Positions 9,166-18,850 of a DNA stretch of 64,000 bases are shown here, in pieces. The stretch spans positions 2,150,078-2,214,077 of the forward strand of contig CAXXXM010000002.1 of the NCBI GenBank assembly GCA_963663265.2. The letters are read 5' to 3'. Origin of the DNA: Melioribacteraceae bacterium (GTDB lineage: Bacteria; Bacteroidota; Ignavibacteria; Ignavibacteriales; Melioribacteraceae). Made by a program: the position numbers and the translations under genes. The notes beneath the pieces were generated by a model that saw only the letters and a list, made by a program, of their open reading frames with translations, was not told the DNA's origin and searched no databases. Position 1 is the first letter of the stretch; each line of letters opens with the position of its first letter.

Positions 9166-10953
9166 ATGGCAAGCGATAAAGATGATGAAATATTAGGTAA
9201 AGCGTACGATTCTAAATTAATGAAACGTTTGCTTATTTATCTAAAACCATATAAAAAATATGTTTTTTGGGGAATATTCTTAAGTGTTTCGGTTGCGGGG
9301 TTAGGACCGGTAAGACCGTATTTAACCAAAATAGCTGTTGATTATAGCATTGTTAATAAAGATTATCAATCGTTAATGTATATTTCTATTGCATTAGTTG
9401 TATCGTTATTACTGCAATCCTTAATTCAATACTTTTTAACATATTATACTCAGTTAATGGGGCAAAAAGTTATTTATGATATAAGAGTAAGACTTTTTGA
9501 ACATGTTCAAAAACTTGCTCTGCGTTTTTTTGATAAAACTCCAATAGGCAGGGTAGTAACAAGAGTAACAAATGATGTTGAGGCATTAAATGAATTGTTT
9601 TCGGCAGGAATTATAACTGTATTTGGTGACATTTTTGTGATCCTTTGGATTCTTGGTTTTATGTTTTTTATGGCTTGGGATTTATCGTTAGTAACCTTAG
9701 TAGTATTGCCGTTGGTTATTTTAGCCACTTCAATATTTCGAAAAAAAGTAAGGTCTGCATACAGAGATGTTAGGTTTCATTTAGCACGCTTAAATACGTT
9801 TATGCAAGAACATATTACCGGTATGAACGTTGTTCAGATATTTAATAAAGAAAATGATGAGTTTTCTAAATTTACGGGTATTAATAAAGATCATAACGAT
9901 GCTAACATTAAATCTGTTTTTTATTATGCAGTATTTTTTCCGGTTGTAGATTTTTTTAGTTCGGCTACAATAGCTTTAATTATTTGGTATGGTGGTGGGG
10001 AAGTAATTCAAGGCTCTTTGTCAATTGGGGTGTTATTTGCATTTATTCAGTATACTGAAATGTTCTTTCGTCCTATAAGAGATTTGTCGGAAAAATATAA
10101 TGTTTTGCAAACTGCAATGGCTTCATCAGAAAGAATATTTAAGCTTTTTGATGACAAAACTTTTATTAAAAATCCTGATAATCCTATTAAGCTAAATAAT
10201 GTGTTGGGACAAATTGAATTTGAAAATGTTAAGTTCGCTTATAATCCCGATGAATATGTCTTAAAGAATATAAGTTTTAAGATAAATCCGGGCGAAACTG
10301 TTGCAATAGTAGGAGCAACCGGAGCAGGAAAAACAAGTATAATTAATATTCTTACTCGGTTTTATGATATTACTGAAGGTAAAATAAAACTTGATGGAGT
10401 AGATATAAGTAAACTTGATAAACGTGACCTGAGAAAGTATATTTCTATTGTATTACAGGATGTTTTTTTGTTTAGCGGTACAATTTACAGCAATATAAAT
10501 TTAGATAATCCGGCTATTACATTGGAAGATGCAATAAAAGCAGCAAAAACAGTTGGAGCAAATAAGTTTATAGAAAACTTACCAAATGGATATAATGAAG
10601 AAGTAAAGGAAAAAGGGGCAACATTAAGTGTTGGGCAAAAACAGTTGATTTCTTTTGCACGTGCATTAGCATACAATCCCAAAATATTGATTTTGGATGA
10701 AGCAACTTCAAGCGTAGATACAGAAACTGAATTATTGATTCAAAATGCTATACAAAAACTTCTTGTAAATAGAACTTCAATTGTAATAGCACACAGACTT
10801 TCAACAATTCAAAACGCTGATAAAATAATTGTTATGCATAAAGGAGAAATAAGGGAAGTTGGCAATCATCAGGAGTTGTTGGCAAAACGGGGTATTTATT
10901 ATAGGTTATATCAGTTACAATATAAAGAACAAGAAATAACTAAATCCGCTTAA
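9166..10953 (+). CDS. ABC exporter half-transporter (TMD-NBD), consensus-site partner
   Basis: It starts 3 nt after the previous stop. Walker A 'GATGAGKTS', canonical Walker B 'ILILDEATSSVD', and a non-canonical signature 'LSVGQKQ'. Confidence 0.85.
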   Translation: MASDKDDEILGKAYDSKLMKRLLIYLKPYKKYVFWGIFLSVSVAGLGPVRPYLTKIAVDYSIVNKDYQSLMYISIALVVSLLLQSLIQYFLTYYTQLMGQKVIYDIRVRLFEHVQKLALRFFDKTPIGRVVTRVTNDVEALNELFSAGIITVFGDIFVILWILGFMFFMAWDLSLVTLVVLPLVILATSIFRKKVRSAYRDVRFHLARLNTFMQEHITGMNVVQIFNKENDEFSKFTGINKDHNDANIKSVFYYAVFFPVVDFFSSATIALIIWYGGGEVIQGSLSIGVLFAFIQYTEMFFRPIRDLSEKYNVLQTAMASSERIFKLFDDKTFIKNPDNPIKLNNVLGQIEFENVKFAYNPDEYVLKNISFKINPGETVAIVGATGAGKTSIINILTRFYDITEGKIKLDGVDISKLDKRDLRKYISIVLQDVFLFSGTIYSNINLDNPAITLEDAIKAAKTVGANKFIENLPNGYNEEVKEKGATLSVGQKQLISFARALAYNPKILILDEATSSVDTETELLIQNAIQKLLVNRTSIVIAHRLSTIQNADKIIVMHKGEIREVGNHQELLAKRGIYYRLYQLQYKEQEITKSA

Positions 10954-10962
10954 GGAGGATAC

Positions 10963-11979
10963 ATGCCTAAAATTAAATTTATGACAATTGAAAGACACAT
11001 TTTAGAAGGGGAAAAAAAATATCCCGAAGCAACGGGTGAATTTTCCGGAATTCTAAATACTATTGCATTAGCAGCAAAAATTATTTCAAACGAAATAAAT
11101 AAAGCCGGTTTGGTAGATATTTTAGGTTTTACTGATGATACAAACGTACATGGCGAAAAAGTTAAAAAGCTTGACATGTATTCGCACGAAGTTCTGGTTA
11201 AAGCAATGGAATATGGCGGGCATTTGTGCATTATGGCAAGCGAAGAAGAAGAAGGGATAATTTATATTCCAAAACAGTACGAAATTGGAAAATATGTACT
11301 CTTGTTTGATCCATTAGATGGGTCTTCAAATATTGATGCAAATGTAAGTGTTGGTACTATTTTTTCGTTATACAAAAGAGTTTCAAAAAGTGGCGAGCCG
11401 GGAACTAATGAAGATGTTATTCAATCGGGCTTACAACAGGTTGCTGCGGGTTATGTGTTGTATGGTTCGTCTACAATTTTTGTTTATACAACAGGTGAAG
11501 CCGTTTATGGATTTACATTAGATTTGGGAATAGGTGAATTTTTGTTATCTCATCCTAATATTATAACTCCTAAAAGTGGTAGAATTTACAGTACAAACGA
11601 AGGATATTATAAATATTGGCATCCGGGCTTAAAAAAATATATTAAATATTTACAAGATGCAGATGATAGAGGAGAAAAACCTTACTCGGGTAGATATATT
11701 GGTTCTCTTGTTGCTGATATTCACAGAAATTTACTATATGGTGGAATTTTTATCTATCCGGCTGATTCAAGATTCCCACAAGGGAAACTTCGCTTAATGT
11801 ATGAATGTAATCCTATGGCTTTTATAGTTGAAGCTGCTGGCGGAAGAGCTTCTGACGGAAAAAATAGAATTTTGGAAATTAAGCCAGAATCACTTCATCA
11901 AAGATGCCCTCTTTATATTGGGAGCGAAGAAGATGTTTTATTGGCAGAAAAGTTTTTAGCAGAAGCTCAAAAATTGTAG
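10963..11979 (+). CDS. fbp: fructose-1,6-bisphosphatase, class 1
   Basis: AAGGAGG lies upstream. '[11 protein letters not shown]' metal site and '[24 protein letters not shown]' are present. 338 aa. Confidence 0.9.
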   Translation: MPKIKFMTIERHILEGEKKYPEATGEFSGILNTIALAAKIISNEINKAGLVDILGFTDDTNVHGEKVKKLDMYSHEVLVKAMEYGGHLCIMASEEEEGIIYIPKQYEIGKYVLLFDPLDGSSNIDANVSVGTIFSLYKRVSKSGEPGTNEDVIQSGLQQVAAGYVLYGSSTIFVYTTGEAVYGFTLDLGIGEFLLSHPNIITPKSGRIYSTNEGYYKYWHPGLKKYIKYLQDADDRGEKPYSGRYIGSLVADIHRNLLYGGIFIYPADSRFPQGKLRLMYECNPMAFIVEAAGGRASDGKNRILEIKPESLHQRCPLYIGSEEDVLLAEKFLAEAQKL

Positions 11980-12123
11980 AACAAAAAACCAGATGCCTTA
12001 GTATAATTTATTATAAATTTATTATTGAAAATTTAGTATTTTAAAAAATTATATTTTTTTAATTTTGGGAAATTTACTATTAAAACGAATATTAAAAAGG
12101 CATTTGGATTTACTTTCCCATTT

Positions 12124-13128
12124 GTGTTAACAATTGTATTTTTATACTTGGCTCTTAAAGGGATTGATATAAAAGAATCTTTAAATCTGATATACTCGGC
12201 AAAGCTTGAATATATTGGACTTTTTTTGTTTTTATTCATTCTTTCTCATTTTTTACGTTCTGTTCGATGGAAGATAATGATTAGCACTTTAAAACCGGAT
12301 GTAAAAGTACTAAATACATTTGGGGCAATGATGATTGGTTATGGAGTAAATTGTATTGTTCCTCGACTTGGTGAAGTTTATAGAGGTTTGTTTTTGGGTA
12401 AATGGGAAGGGGTTTCCAGAAGTTCAATGCTTGGTACAATTATATTAGAGAGAATAATTGATGTTGTTATGCTGCTTGTTGCAGTAATAATAAGCGTTTT
12501 TGCTTATAATGGCGACTTGTTTAATGATGTTGTATGGTTAAAATCGACAATATATATATCAACAGCGGCAGCGATTGTTTTTGTTGCTTTGGCAATATTG
12601 TTCTTTTTGTGGAAAACAGAAGTTTCGGAACATTTTATAAAAAATGTTTTGTCGTTTTCACCTAAATTTGCTGATAAAGTTAGTTATGTTTTTCATACTT
12701 TAATGGATGGAGTTGCAGGTTTAAGAGGGACAAAAAACTGGGCTTTAACATGTATTTTATCTCTTATTGTAATTATTGTTTATGCTTTAACTACGTATGT
12801 AGGTTTATATATGTTTAATTTATATACAAACCAAGAAATTACATTTGCTATGGCTTGGGTTATTTCTGCATTAGGCTCGTTTGGAGTTATTATTCCCACG
12901 CCGGGGGGAACGGGTTCGTACCATGCAATCTCTATATTTTTGTTGGTTGAATTATATGCTTTTAATTCGGAATCAGCAGCAGCATATGCAATTTTAACAC
13001 ATTTTTTATCTTATATCGTTTTTCTTTCGTGTGCAATGTTTTTTATTTTTTATATTAACCAGAGACGCAGAAATAGAGGTGAAAAATCGGAGAATTTTTT
13101 CAGCGTATTCAAATTAGAAAAGGAATAA
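12124..13128 (+). CDS. UPF0104 / lysylphosphatidylglycerol-synthase-TM-like (flippase-like) membrane protein
   Basis: Polytopic protein with 'LRSVRWKIM' and 'PTPGGTGSYHA' blocks typical of the family. The frame is open back to 12037 without an ATG, so the true start is uncertain (GTG at 12124 used). Confidence 0.6.
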   Translation: MLTIVFLYLALKGIDIKESLNLIYSAKLEYIGLFLFLFILSHFLRSVRWKIMISTLKPDVKVLNTFGAMMIGYGVNCIVPRLGEVYRGLFLGKWEGVSRSSMLGTIILERIIDVVMLLVAVIISVFAYNGDLFNDVVWLKSTIYISTAAAIVFVALAILFFLWKTEVSEHFIKNVLSFSPKFADKVSYVFHTLMDGVAGLRGTKNWALTCILSLIVIIVYALTTYVGLYMFNLYTNQEITFAMAWVISALGSFGVIIPTPGGTGSYHAISIFLLVELYAFNSESAAAYAILTHFLSYIVFLSCAMFFIFYINQRRRNRGEKSENFFSVFKLEKE

Positions 13129-13131
13129 TTA

Positions 13132-13773
13132 ATGAAAAAGATAATATTGTTTTTGATATTAATTTATTCATGCAAAATTAATGCTCAATTTGAAGCAACA
13201 GCCGGAATGGGATTAGATTTTATTAATTCCCCTGTATTTACCGATTATATAAATGTAAATTATGCCTTATCGGGTGAAAAGCTTTCATCAATGAATAGTG
13301 CAATTGAATTTTATGGTGAAATAGGATATAATTATTTGGAGAACTACAATTTTGCAATAGATTATTCAAATCAAATATATTCGTTTAATAATACCACCAT
13401 TTTGGGGAATTATGATATCTCATATATTCATTTTAAGCCATCAATAGTAGCTTATTATCAATTGACGGGAATTGGATATAAGTTTAAGTTTGGTGCCGGT
13501 ATTGGTCCACGATTTGTTTCGTTAGATGAAAAGCTGCCGGGATTAACAAAAGAAAATAATTTTACAGCAACCGGCTATGGATTTTTATTACGAGTATCGG
13601 GAAATACTTTGTTAAGTGGTGATATGTTTGCTAACATTGGTGTGGATTTGCGGTATGATATTGCCGGTGAATTAAAAGGGGATTATAAATTATATAATAA
13701 TGTGCTAAATGAAAGTGTAGATATGAATTCGTTGGCATTTGCAATTAAATTAGGCGTTACATACATTTTTTAG
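13132..13773 (+). CDS. small outer-membrane beta-barrel protein
   Basis: Signal peptide 'MKKIILFLILIYSCKINAQ', alternating aromatic/Gly beta-strand pattern, and C-terminal '...GVTYIF'. Confidence 0.55.
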   Translation: MKKIILFLILIYSCKINAQFEATAGMGLDFINSPVFTDYINVNYALSGEKLSSMNSAIEFYGEIGYNYLENYNFAIDYSNQIYSFNNTTILGNYDISYIHFKPSIVAYYQLTGIGYKFKFGAGIGPRFVSLDEKLPGLTKENNFTATGYGFLLRVSGNTLLSGDMFANIGVDLRYDIAGELKGDYKLYNNVLNESVDMNSLAFAIKLGVTYIF

Positions 13774-13781
13774 GAGAAATT

Positions 13782-14630
13782 GTGAGTATTTTAGAAGCTA
13801 TTGTGTTGGGTATTATTCAAGGTTTAACAGAGTTTTTGCCAATAAGTAGTACCGGGCATTTAACTGTTGCGGGAAAATTAATGGGGCTGATTTCTTCTGA
13901 AAACCCTGAAAGTTGGACAGCTTTTATTGCAGTTATTCAAATGGGTACACTTTTAGCAATTCTGATTTATTTTTGGAAAGACTTGTGGAACATTTTTGTT
14001 GGATTTATTAAAGATAATATTTTAGAAAGGAAAAAGTTATCTGAACAATCTTTAGATTCAAAGTTGGGCTGGTTCATAATTTTAGGTTCAATACCGGTTG
14101 TAATAATCGGCTTGTTATTTAAGGATTTTATTGAAGGAGCCTTTACAAAAAATCTTTATGTAATAGCTATTTCTTTAATATCACTTGGTATAATTTTAGG
14201 ACTTGCAGAAAAATTAGGCAAGTTTAAAAGAGGAATTGAAAAGATAACTTGGAAAGATGCTTTAATTATAGGAGTAGCACAAGCATTTGCATTAATTCCT
14301 GGAGCATCAAGGTCGGGAACTACTCTTACGGCAGGTTTATTTGTTGGGTTAAAAAGAGATACGGCTGCAAAATTTTCTTTTTTGTTGAGTGTTCCGGCAG
14401 TTTTTGGCAGCGGCCTTTTAGAGTTTTACCATGAAGTAGGAAAATTGGATTCGTCAGGATTTATTACATTAATTGTTGCAACTATTGCTGCGGCAATAAG
14501 TGGATATTTAACAATAGCATTTTTGTTGAGTTTTTTGAAAAAAAACAGTACTTATGTTTTTGTAATTTATAGAGTTTTAATTGGTATTACAATTTTAATA
14601 TTTTTATATTCAAACCTAATTCAACCCTAA
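13782..14630 (+). CDS. uppP: undecaprenyl-diphosphate phosphatase
   Basis: GTG start after AGGAG. 'EFLPISSTGHL' and 'PGASRSGTTL' signature blocks are present. Confidence 0.9.
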   Translation: MSILEAIVLGIIQGLTEFLPISSTGHLTVAGKLMGLISSENPESWTAFIAVIQMGTLLAILIYFWKDLWNIFVGFIKDNILERKKLSEQSLDSKLGWFIILGSIPVVIIGLLFKDFIEGAFTKNLYVIAISLISLGIILGLAEKLGKFKRGIEKITWKDALIIGVAQAFALIPGASRSGTTLTAGLFVGLKRDTAAKFSFLLSVPAVFGSGLLEFYHEVGKLDSSGFITLIVATIAAAISGYLTIAFLLSFLKKNSTYVFVIYRVLIGITILIFLYSNLIQP

Positions 14631-14645
14631 TTAAATGAGGTTAAA

Positions 14646-15293
14646 ATGATAAAAAAAATGTTTTATGTATTTCTTTTGATAAGTATCAGCTATATTAATA
14701 GTAGTGCACAATTTGAAAATTTTTCAAATTCAAATACAAATAAATCAAGTATTTTAACAAATAAAGAAGAGGCAGTATTGGATTCATTAATGGATTTAAA
14801 AGAAAATGAAGTGTTAGTTGCTTCAATGGAAACCACTTTAGGAACAATTGAAATTCAATTTTATGATAAATTAACTCCAAAAACAGTTAAAAATTTTGTT
14901 GGTTTAGCTGTAAAAGGTTATTATAACGGTGTAATTTTTCATAGAGTTATTGATGGTTTTATGATTCAAGGTGGCGATCCAACAGGAACAGGTGCCGGTG
15001 GTTCAAGTATTTATGGCAGTACTTTTGAGGATGAATTTGATTCATCATTAAGACATAATAGTGCCGGATTAATTTCTATGGCAAATAGAGGACCAAATAC
15101 TAATGGTAGTCAATTTTTTATTACTTTGGTACCAACTCCTCATTTAGATGACCGTCATGCAATTTTTGGTGAAGTTATTGGTGGAATGGATGTTGTTGAA
15201 AAAATTGGTAAAGTGCCTGTAACAATGGATAGAAACAGACCATTAACTGATGTAGTAATTAATAAAGTTACAGTACAAAAAGTTCAAAGATAA
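14646..15293 (+). CDS. secreted cyclophilin-type peptidyl-prolyl cis-trans isomerase
   Basis: Signal peptide, then 'FHRVIDGFMIQGGDPTGTG', 'NGSQFFIT' and 'HAIFGEV'. Confidence 0.9.
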   Translation: MIKKMFYVFLLISISYINSSAQFENFSNSNTNKSSILTNKEEAVLDSLMDLKENEVLVASMETTLGTIEIQFYDKLTPKTVKNFVGLAVKGYYNGVIFHRVIDGFMIQGGDPTGTGAGGSSIYGSTFEDEFDSSLRHNSAGLISMANRGPNTNGSQFFITLVPTPHLDDRHAIFGEVIGGMDVVEKIGKVPVTMDRNRPLTDVVINKVTVQKVQR

Positions 15294-15294
15294 A

Positions 15295-16323
15295 ATGAAA
15301 AAAAAAGAGAGTGGAACAAAAGCCGAAGCTTTACACATATCAAAAGTATATGATTACTTAGATGAAAAAAATATTTTACCTGTATATTTTTTGTTTGGTG
15401 CGGATACATTTGCAATAGAAAAAACTGCAGATGATATAATTAAGGCAGTTGACCCTTTTGTTGGAACTGACTTTGACAAGGAAATAGTTCGCCTGGACAA
15501 AAAACAAGAGATTAGCGGGTTGATTTCTTCGGCTTCCACTTACCCTTTTAGTAATGGAAAAAAACTTATTGTAATAAAAAGTTTTGAAAATGTTGCAGAT
15601 AAAAAGGTGTTAAATGAATATATTGAAAACCCTGCACCTTTTACTGTTTTAATTATTACACATAATGATAAAATACAATCGTTATCGTCCAATCCATACA
15701 AAACAATGGCAATTGAAGGTTGGATGTTTGAAGCAAGGGAGTTGAAGGGAGCTGATTTAATTAATTGGGTAATAAAATCAGCCGGTGAAAAAAAGATTAC
15801 AATAACTTACGAAAATGCGGCGGTTTTAATTGAAACTGTTGGCGAAGATAAGAACTTATTAGAACAAGAACTGAATAAGTTTTTTAATTTTTTGGGGGAA
15901 AATCAAGAAATTAATCTTGAACTTATTAATAGATTAGCATCCAACACAAAAGAGTTTACAATTTTTAATCTGTTGGATGCATTGGGAGTTGGCGATAAAG
16001 ATAAAGCATTGCGAATAGGTTATAACCTGCTTTATTATGGAACCCATCTTTTAATTATTCTTTCAACGTTAAACAAATACTTTATTACAATAGTACATAG
16101 CAAAGAATTAATAAGAAAAGAAATTCAACCAAGAGAAGCTGCATTGAAGGCAGATGTATCAGAATACTTTTATAAAAGCTGCTTAAGAGCTTCGTATTTC
16201 AAATCTGAAGAACGAGTTAATAAAGCAATTAAAGCTTTATTAAAGGCAGACCTTTCGGTTAAATCATCAGGACTTGATCCCAAAACAATTTATACTTTAT
16301 TGATTGGTGAAATATTTAGTTAG
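15295..16323 (+). CDS. holA: DNA polymerase III delta subunit
   Basis: 342 aa. N-terminal 'VYFLFGADTFAIEK' resembles the HolA N-domain. The remainder is helical with 'FNLLDAL' and 'ALLKADLSVKSSG' blocks. Confidence 0.65.
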   Translation: MKKKESGTKAEALHISKVYDYLDEKNILPVYFLFGADTFAIEKTADDIIKAVDPFVGTDFDKEIVRLDKKQEISGLISSASTYPFSNGKKLIVIKSFENVADKKVLNEYIENPAPFTVLIITHNDKIQSLSSNPYKTMAIEGWMFEARELKGADLINWVIKSAGEKKITITYENAAVLIETVGEDKNLLEQELNKFFNFLGENQEINLELINRLASNTKEFTIFNLLDALGVGDKDKALRIGYNLLYYGTHLLIILSTLNKYFITIVHSKELIRKEIQPREAALKADVSEYFYKSCLRASYFKSEERVNKAIKALLKADLSVKSSGLDPKTIYTLLIGEIFS

Positions 16324-16417
16324 CTCACGATAAAATAATATCCCCTAAGAAAAATTAAGTGATTTATGATGTTAATCACAAATTGGGCAGTATGTCTATC
16401 AATATAATTCTGTTTTC

Positions 16418-16446
16418 TTGACATAAATCATTTATTTATATATCTT
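16418..16446 (+). promoter_or_regulatory. possible sigma70-type promoter for the first lectin-like gene
   Basis: TTGACA (16418-16423), a 17-nt spacer, then TATCTT (16441-16446). This is only a motif match, and promoter rules in this lineage are not known to me. Confidence 0.25.
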
Positions 16447-16551
16447 AACAAAGATAAATCAATTCGATTAATTCCAATTGTTGATAATTAAAAATATTGT
16501 TAATGGTGGAGTGTGTGTATTTATTCAAATTATTAAATATGGAGAAAATTA

Positions 16552-18618
16552 ATGAAGCAATACCTTAAGCTGACGATAATATTTATATTATATTTTATGA
16601 GCGTAAGAGGTCAAAGTATTAACGATTTAATTCCTAAAGGAGAAGCCTTTTTTATTCAGTCAGCCCAAGAATATGGTAAAAGGGATATGGCATATTGGGA
16701 TATTCCGGGTGGTGAAGATAAAATTGTTAAGGGGGCACAAATTAAAGTTTGGGGATTAGGTGATCAGGCTAAAGATAGAAGATATGTAATTGAGAACTCT
16801 TCAACAGCGGGATATGTAAAAATTCATATTGATGGTGTTGCCGGTTATTTGGATGTTAAAGGAGGAAAGAATAACAATGGGCAAGATTTGATTATTTGGG
16901 ATCCGGGGAATGGGTGGAATCAGAATTTCACATTTAAGTATTTAGGAAATGGCAGATTTAAGATCTATTCTCAAGGTGGTAAAGTAATATGTTTGTCAGG
17001 TCGTAAGTCAGATAATGGTAACGCAATAACCATTTGGGATGACCATGATGGTCCTTGGATGGAATGGTGTTTAATTTCGGTAAAAACAAGACAGGCTTTA
17101 AAGCTTGAAGATAAAATTAATGCAGCAAAAACTAATACCGGTGCAGATATGAATGGAATTAGAACCTTTTATATCCAATCGGCTCTAACCTATGGAAAAT
17201 CTTTGGATGGATTTTTTGATGTGCCGGGTGTAAGTGCCCCTGCAGGTGGGAATAATATTCAACTATGGGGTTTGACAGATAGAGGTTCTGATAGAAAATA
17301 TAGAATTAATACTGCAAATAATAATTTATCATTCTATAATATTTGTGTTGCAGATAATCCAAATTTGAATGTAGATATTGCAGGTGGAGTTAATACTGAT
17401 GGAGCAAATATTCAATTATATGAAAAGAATAATTCTTCAGCACAAGACTTTATTTTTAAATATATGGGGAATGGTAAGTTTAAAATTATTAATGCAAATG
17501 GTAAAGTTATTTGTACAAATGGAAGAGAATCAAAAAATGGAACCAATGTGCTTGTTTGGACTGATCACGAAGGACCTTGGATGGAATGGTACTTGATTGA
17601 TACTGAAACAAATGAACCATTTATTCCAAATAATGAAAAAAAGAATAACATTACCGATATTACATCAAATGATCCTGGAGTGCTCGCAGCATTTAAAGAA
17701 ATTGATAATACTTACAAGTCTGTTGTAAATGTTGAGCAAAAATCCAATTCTACACTTGGTAAACTTAACAATACAACAACTACAATGGAAAAAAGTTATT
17801 TATTAATCAATAAGGTGAGTTCGCTAAATTCTAAAGTAAATGATACTCAGAATGCACTTAATCCTTTCTCGCGTCTCCCTATAATTGGGGTGCCGGTTAA
17901 AGTGATTACAACGAGTTTAGGAATGACTTTAGGTCAATTGGATAAAGTTGATAAATCTTTGCAAGCTATTAAAGATCCGGTTGTAGGACAAGCAAACTCT
18001 AATGTTGTTAATGCATACACAAGTAATTTGCTCTTTAATTCAAAAATGAAACTGTTAAAAAACACTTTAGTTGATACTAAAAATGATTTAGTAAATGGAA
18101 ATTATAGTGGAATTGAAAAAACCTCAAAAATAACCAAGCTTAGCGAAAAGCTAAATGCAATTAATGGAACATTGAGTTCTGTGGATGGTAACTTTAATAA
18201 AATTGATGATATCTGCAACAAAATGAAAAATATAGATAAACCGGTTACAGAATTTGAAGAAGGTGTTAATAAATTTGATAACGGTATGAAACCAGTTGAT
18301 AAAGTTGCCGATGAAATAAATGATGTGTTGAATAAACGTTTCAAAAAAGGGATTGGTAAAGTTAAAATTGATATTAGCGTACGCGACATATTAGAAGGTG
18401 GAAAAGTTGGGAAATTATTCGATAAATATGTAAATAAATTTCTTGATGGTGTATTGCAGCCTTTGTTAAAAAAATTAAATGTTAAAGTGCCTTCTGTTCC
18501 TGGAGTTGATAAGTTTAAGGATGCCTTAAACAATACACTTGATTTCACTAAGAAAATAAAAGAAAATAGCGATAAAATTAATGAAGCAACAAATAAATTA
18601 GGTGAAATAGGTCTATAA
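16552..18618 (+). CDS. secreted protein: two tandem beta-trefoil (ricin-B-like) lectin-type modules plus a ~320-aa helical C-terminal domain of unknown function
   Basis: Signal peptide 'MKQYLKLTIIFILYFMSVRGQ'. The internal duplication reads 'FFIQSAQEYGK..WDIPGG...FKYLGNGRFKIYSQGGKVICLSG..DNGNAITIWDDHDGPWMEWCLI' versus 'FYIQSALTYGK..FDVPG...FKYMGNGKFKIINANGKVICTNG..KNGTNVLVWTDHEGPWMEWYLI'. The C-terminus is low in Gly/Pro and rich in Lys/Asn/Asp. Confidence 0.6.
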   Translation: MKQYLKLTIIFILYFMSVRGQSINDLIPKGEAFFIQSAQEYGKRDMAYWDIPGGEDKIVKGAQIKVWGLGDQAKDRRYVIENSSTAGYVKIHIDGVAGYLDVKGGKNNNGQDLIIWDPGNGWNQNFTFKYLGNGRFKIYSQGGKVICLSGRKSDNGNAITIWDDHDGPWMEWCLISVKTRQALKLEDKINAAKTNTGADMNGIRTFYIQSALTYGKSLDGFFDVPGVSAPAGGNNIQLWGLTDRGSDRKYRINTANNNLSFYNICVADNPNLNVDIAGGVNTDGANIQLYEKNNSSAQDFIFKYMGNGKFKIINANGKVICTNGRESKNGTNVLVWTDHEGPWMEWYLIDTETNEPFIPNNEKKNNITDITSNDPGVLAAFKEIDNTYKSVVNVEQKSNSTLGKLNNTTTTMEKSYLLINKVSSLNSKVNDTQNALNPFSRLPIIGVPVKVITTSLGMTLGQLDKVDKSLQAIKDPVVGQANSNVVNAYTSNLLFNSKMKLLKNTLVDTKNDLVNGNYSGIEKTSKITKLSEKLNAINGTLSSVDGNFNKIDDICNKMKNIDKPVTEFEEGVNKFDNGMKPVDKVADEINDVLNKRFKKGIGKVKIDISVRDILEGGKVGKLFDKYVNKFLDGVLQPLLKKLNVKVPSVPGVDKFKDALNNTLDFTKKIKENSDKINEATNKLGEIGL

Positions 18619-18636
18619 TTTAGATTTATTACAGTA

Positions 18637-18666
18637 CAAAAAGCCCTCTCTTTGGAGGGCTTTTTA
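18637..18666 (+). terminator. rho-independent terminator
   Basis: AAAAAGCCCTC-TCTTTG-GAGGGCTTTTT: a GC-rich stem (18643-18648 / 18655-18660) with a T-tail. Confidence 0.7.
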
Positions 18667-18850
18667 AGTTAATTAAAAATAAAACTCAACACATGTTTCC
18701 CATTCATTTATTCAAAATCCCATATTTAACTTGATATTTAAGAATTATTTTTTATATTAAAATTACAACTATCAATCCCCTAAACAAAAATAATTCCGCA
18801 TATTTACATTAATATGCGAGGAGTGTGTATTTAAAATACGGAGAAAATTA

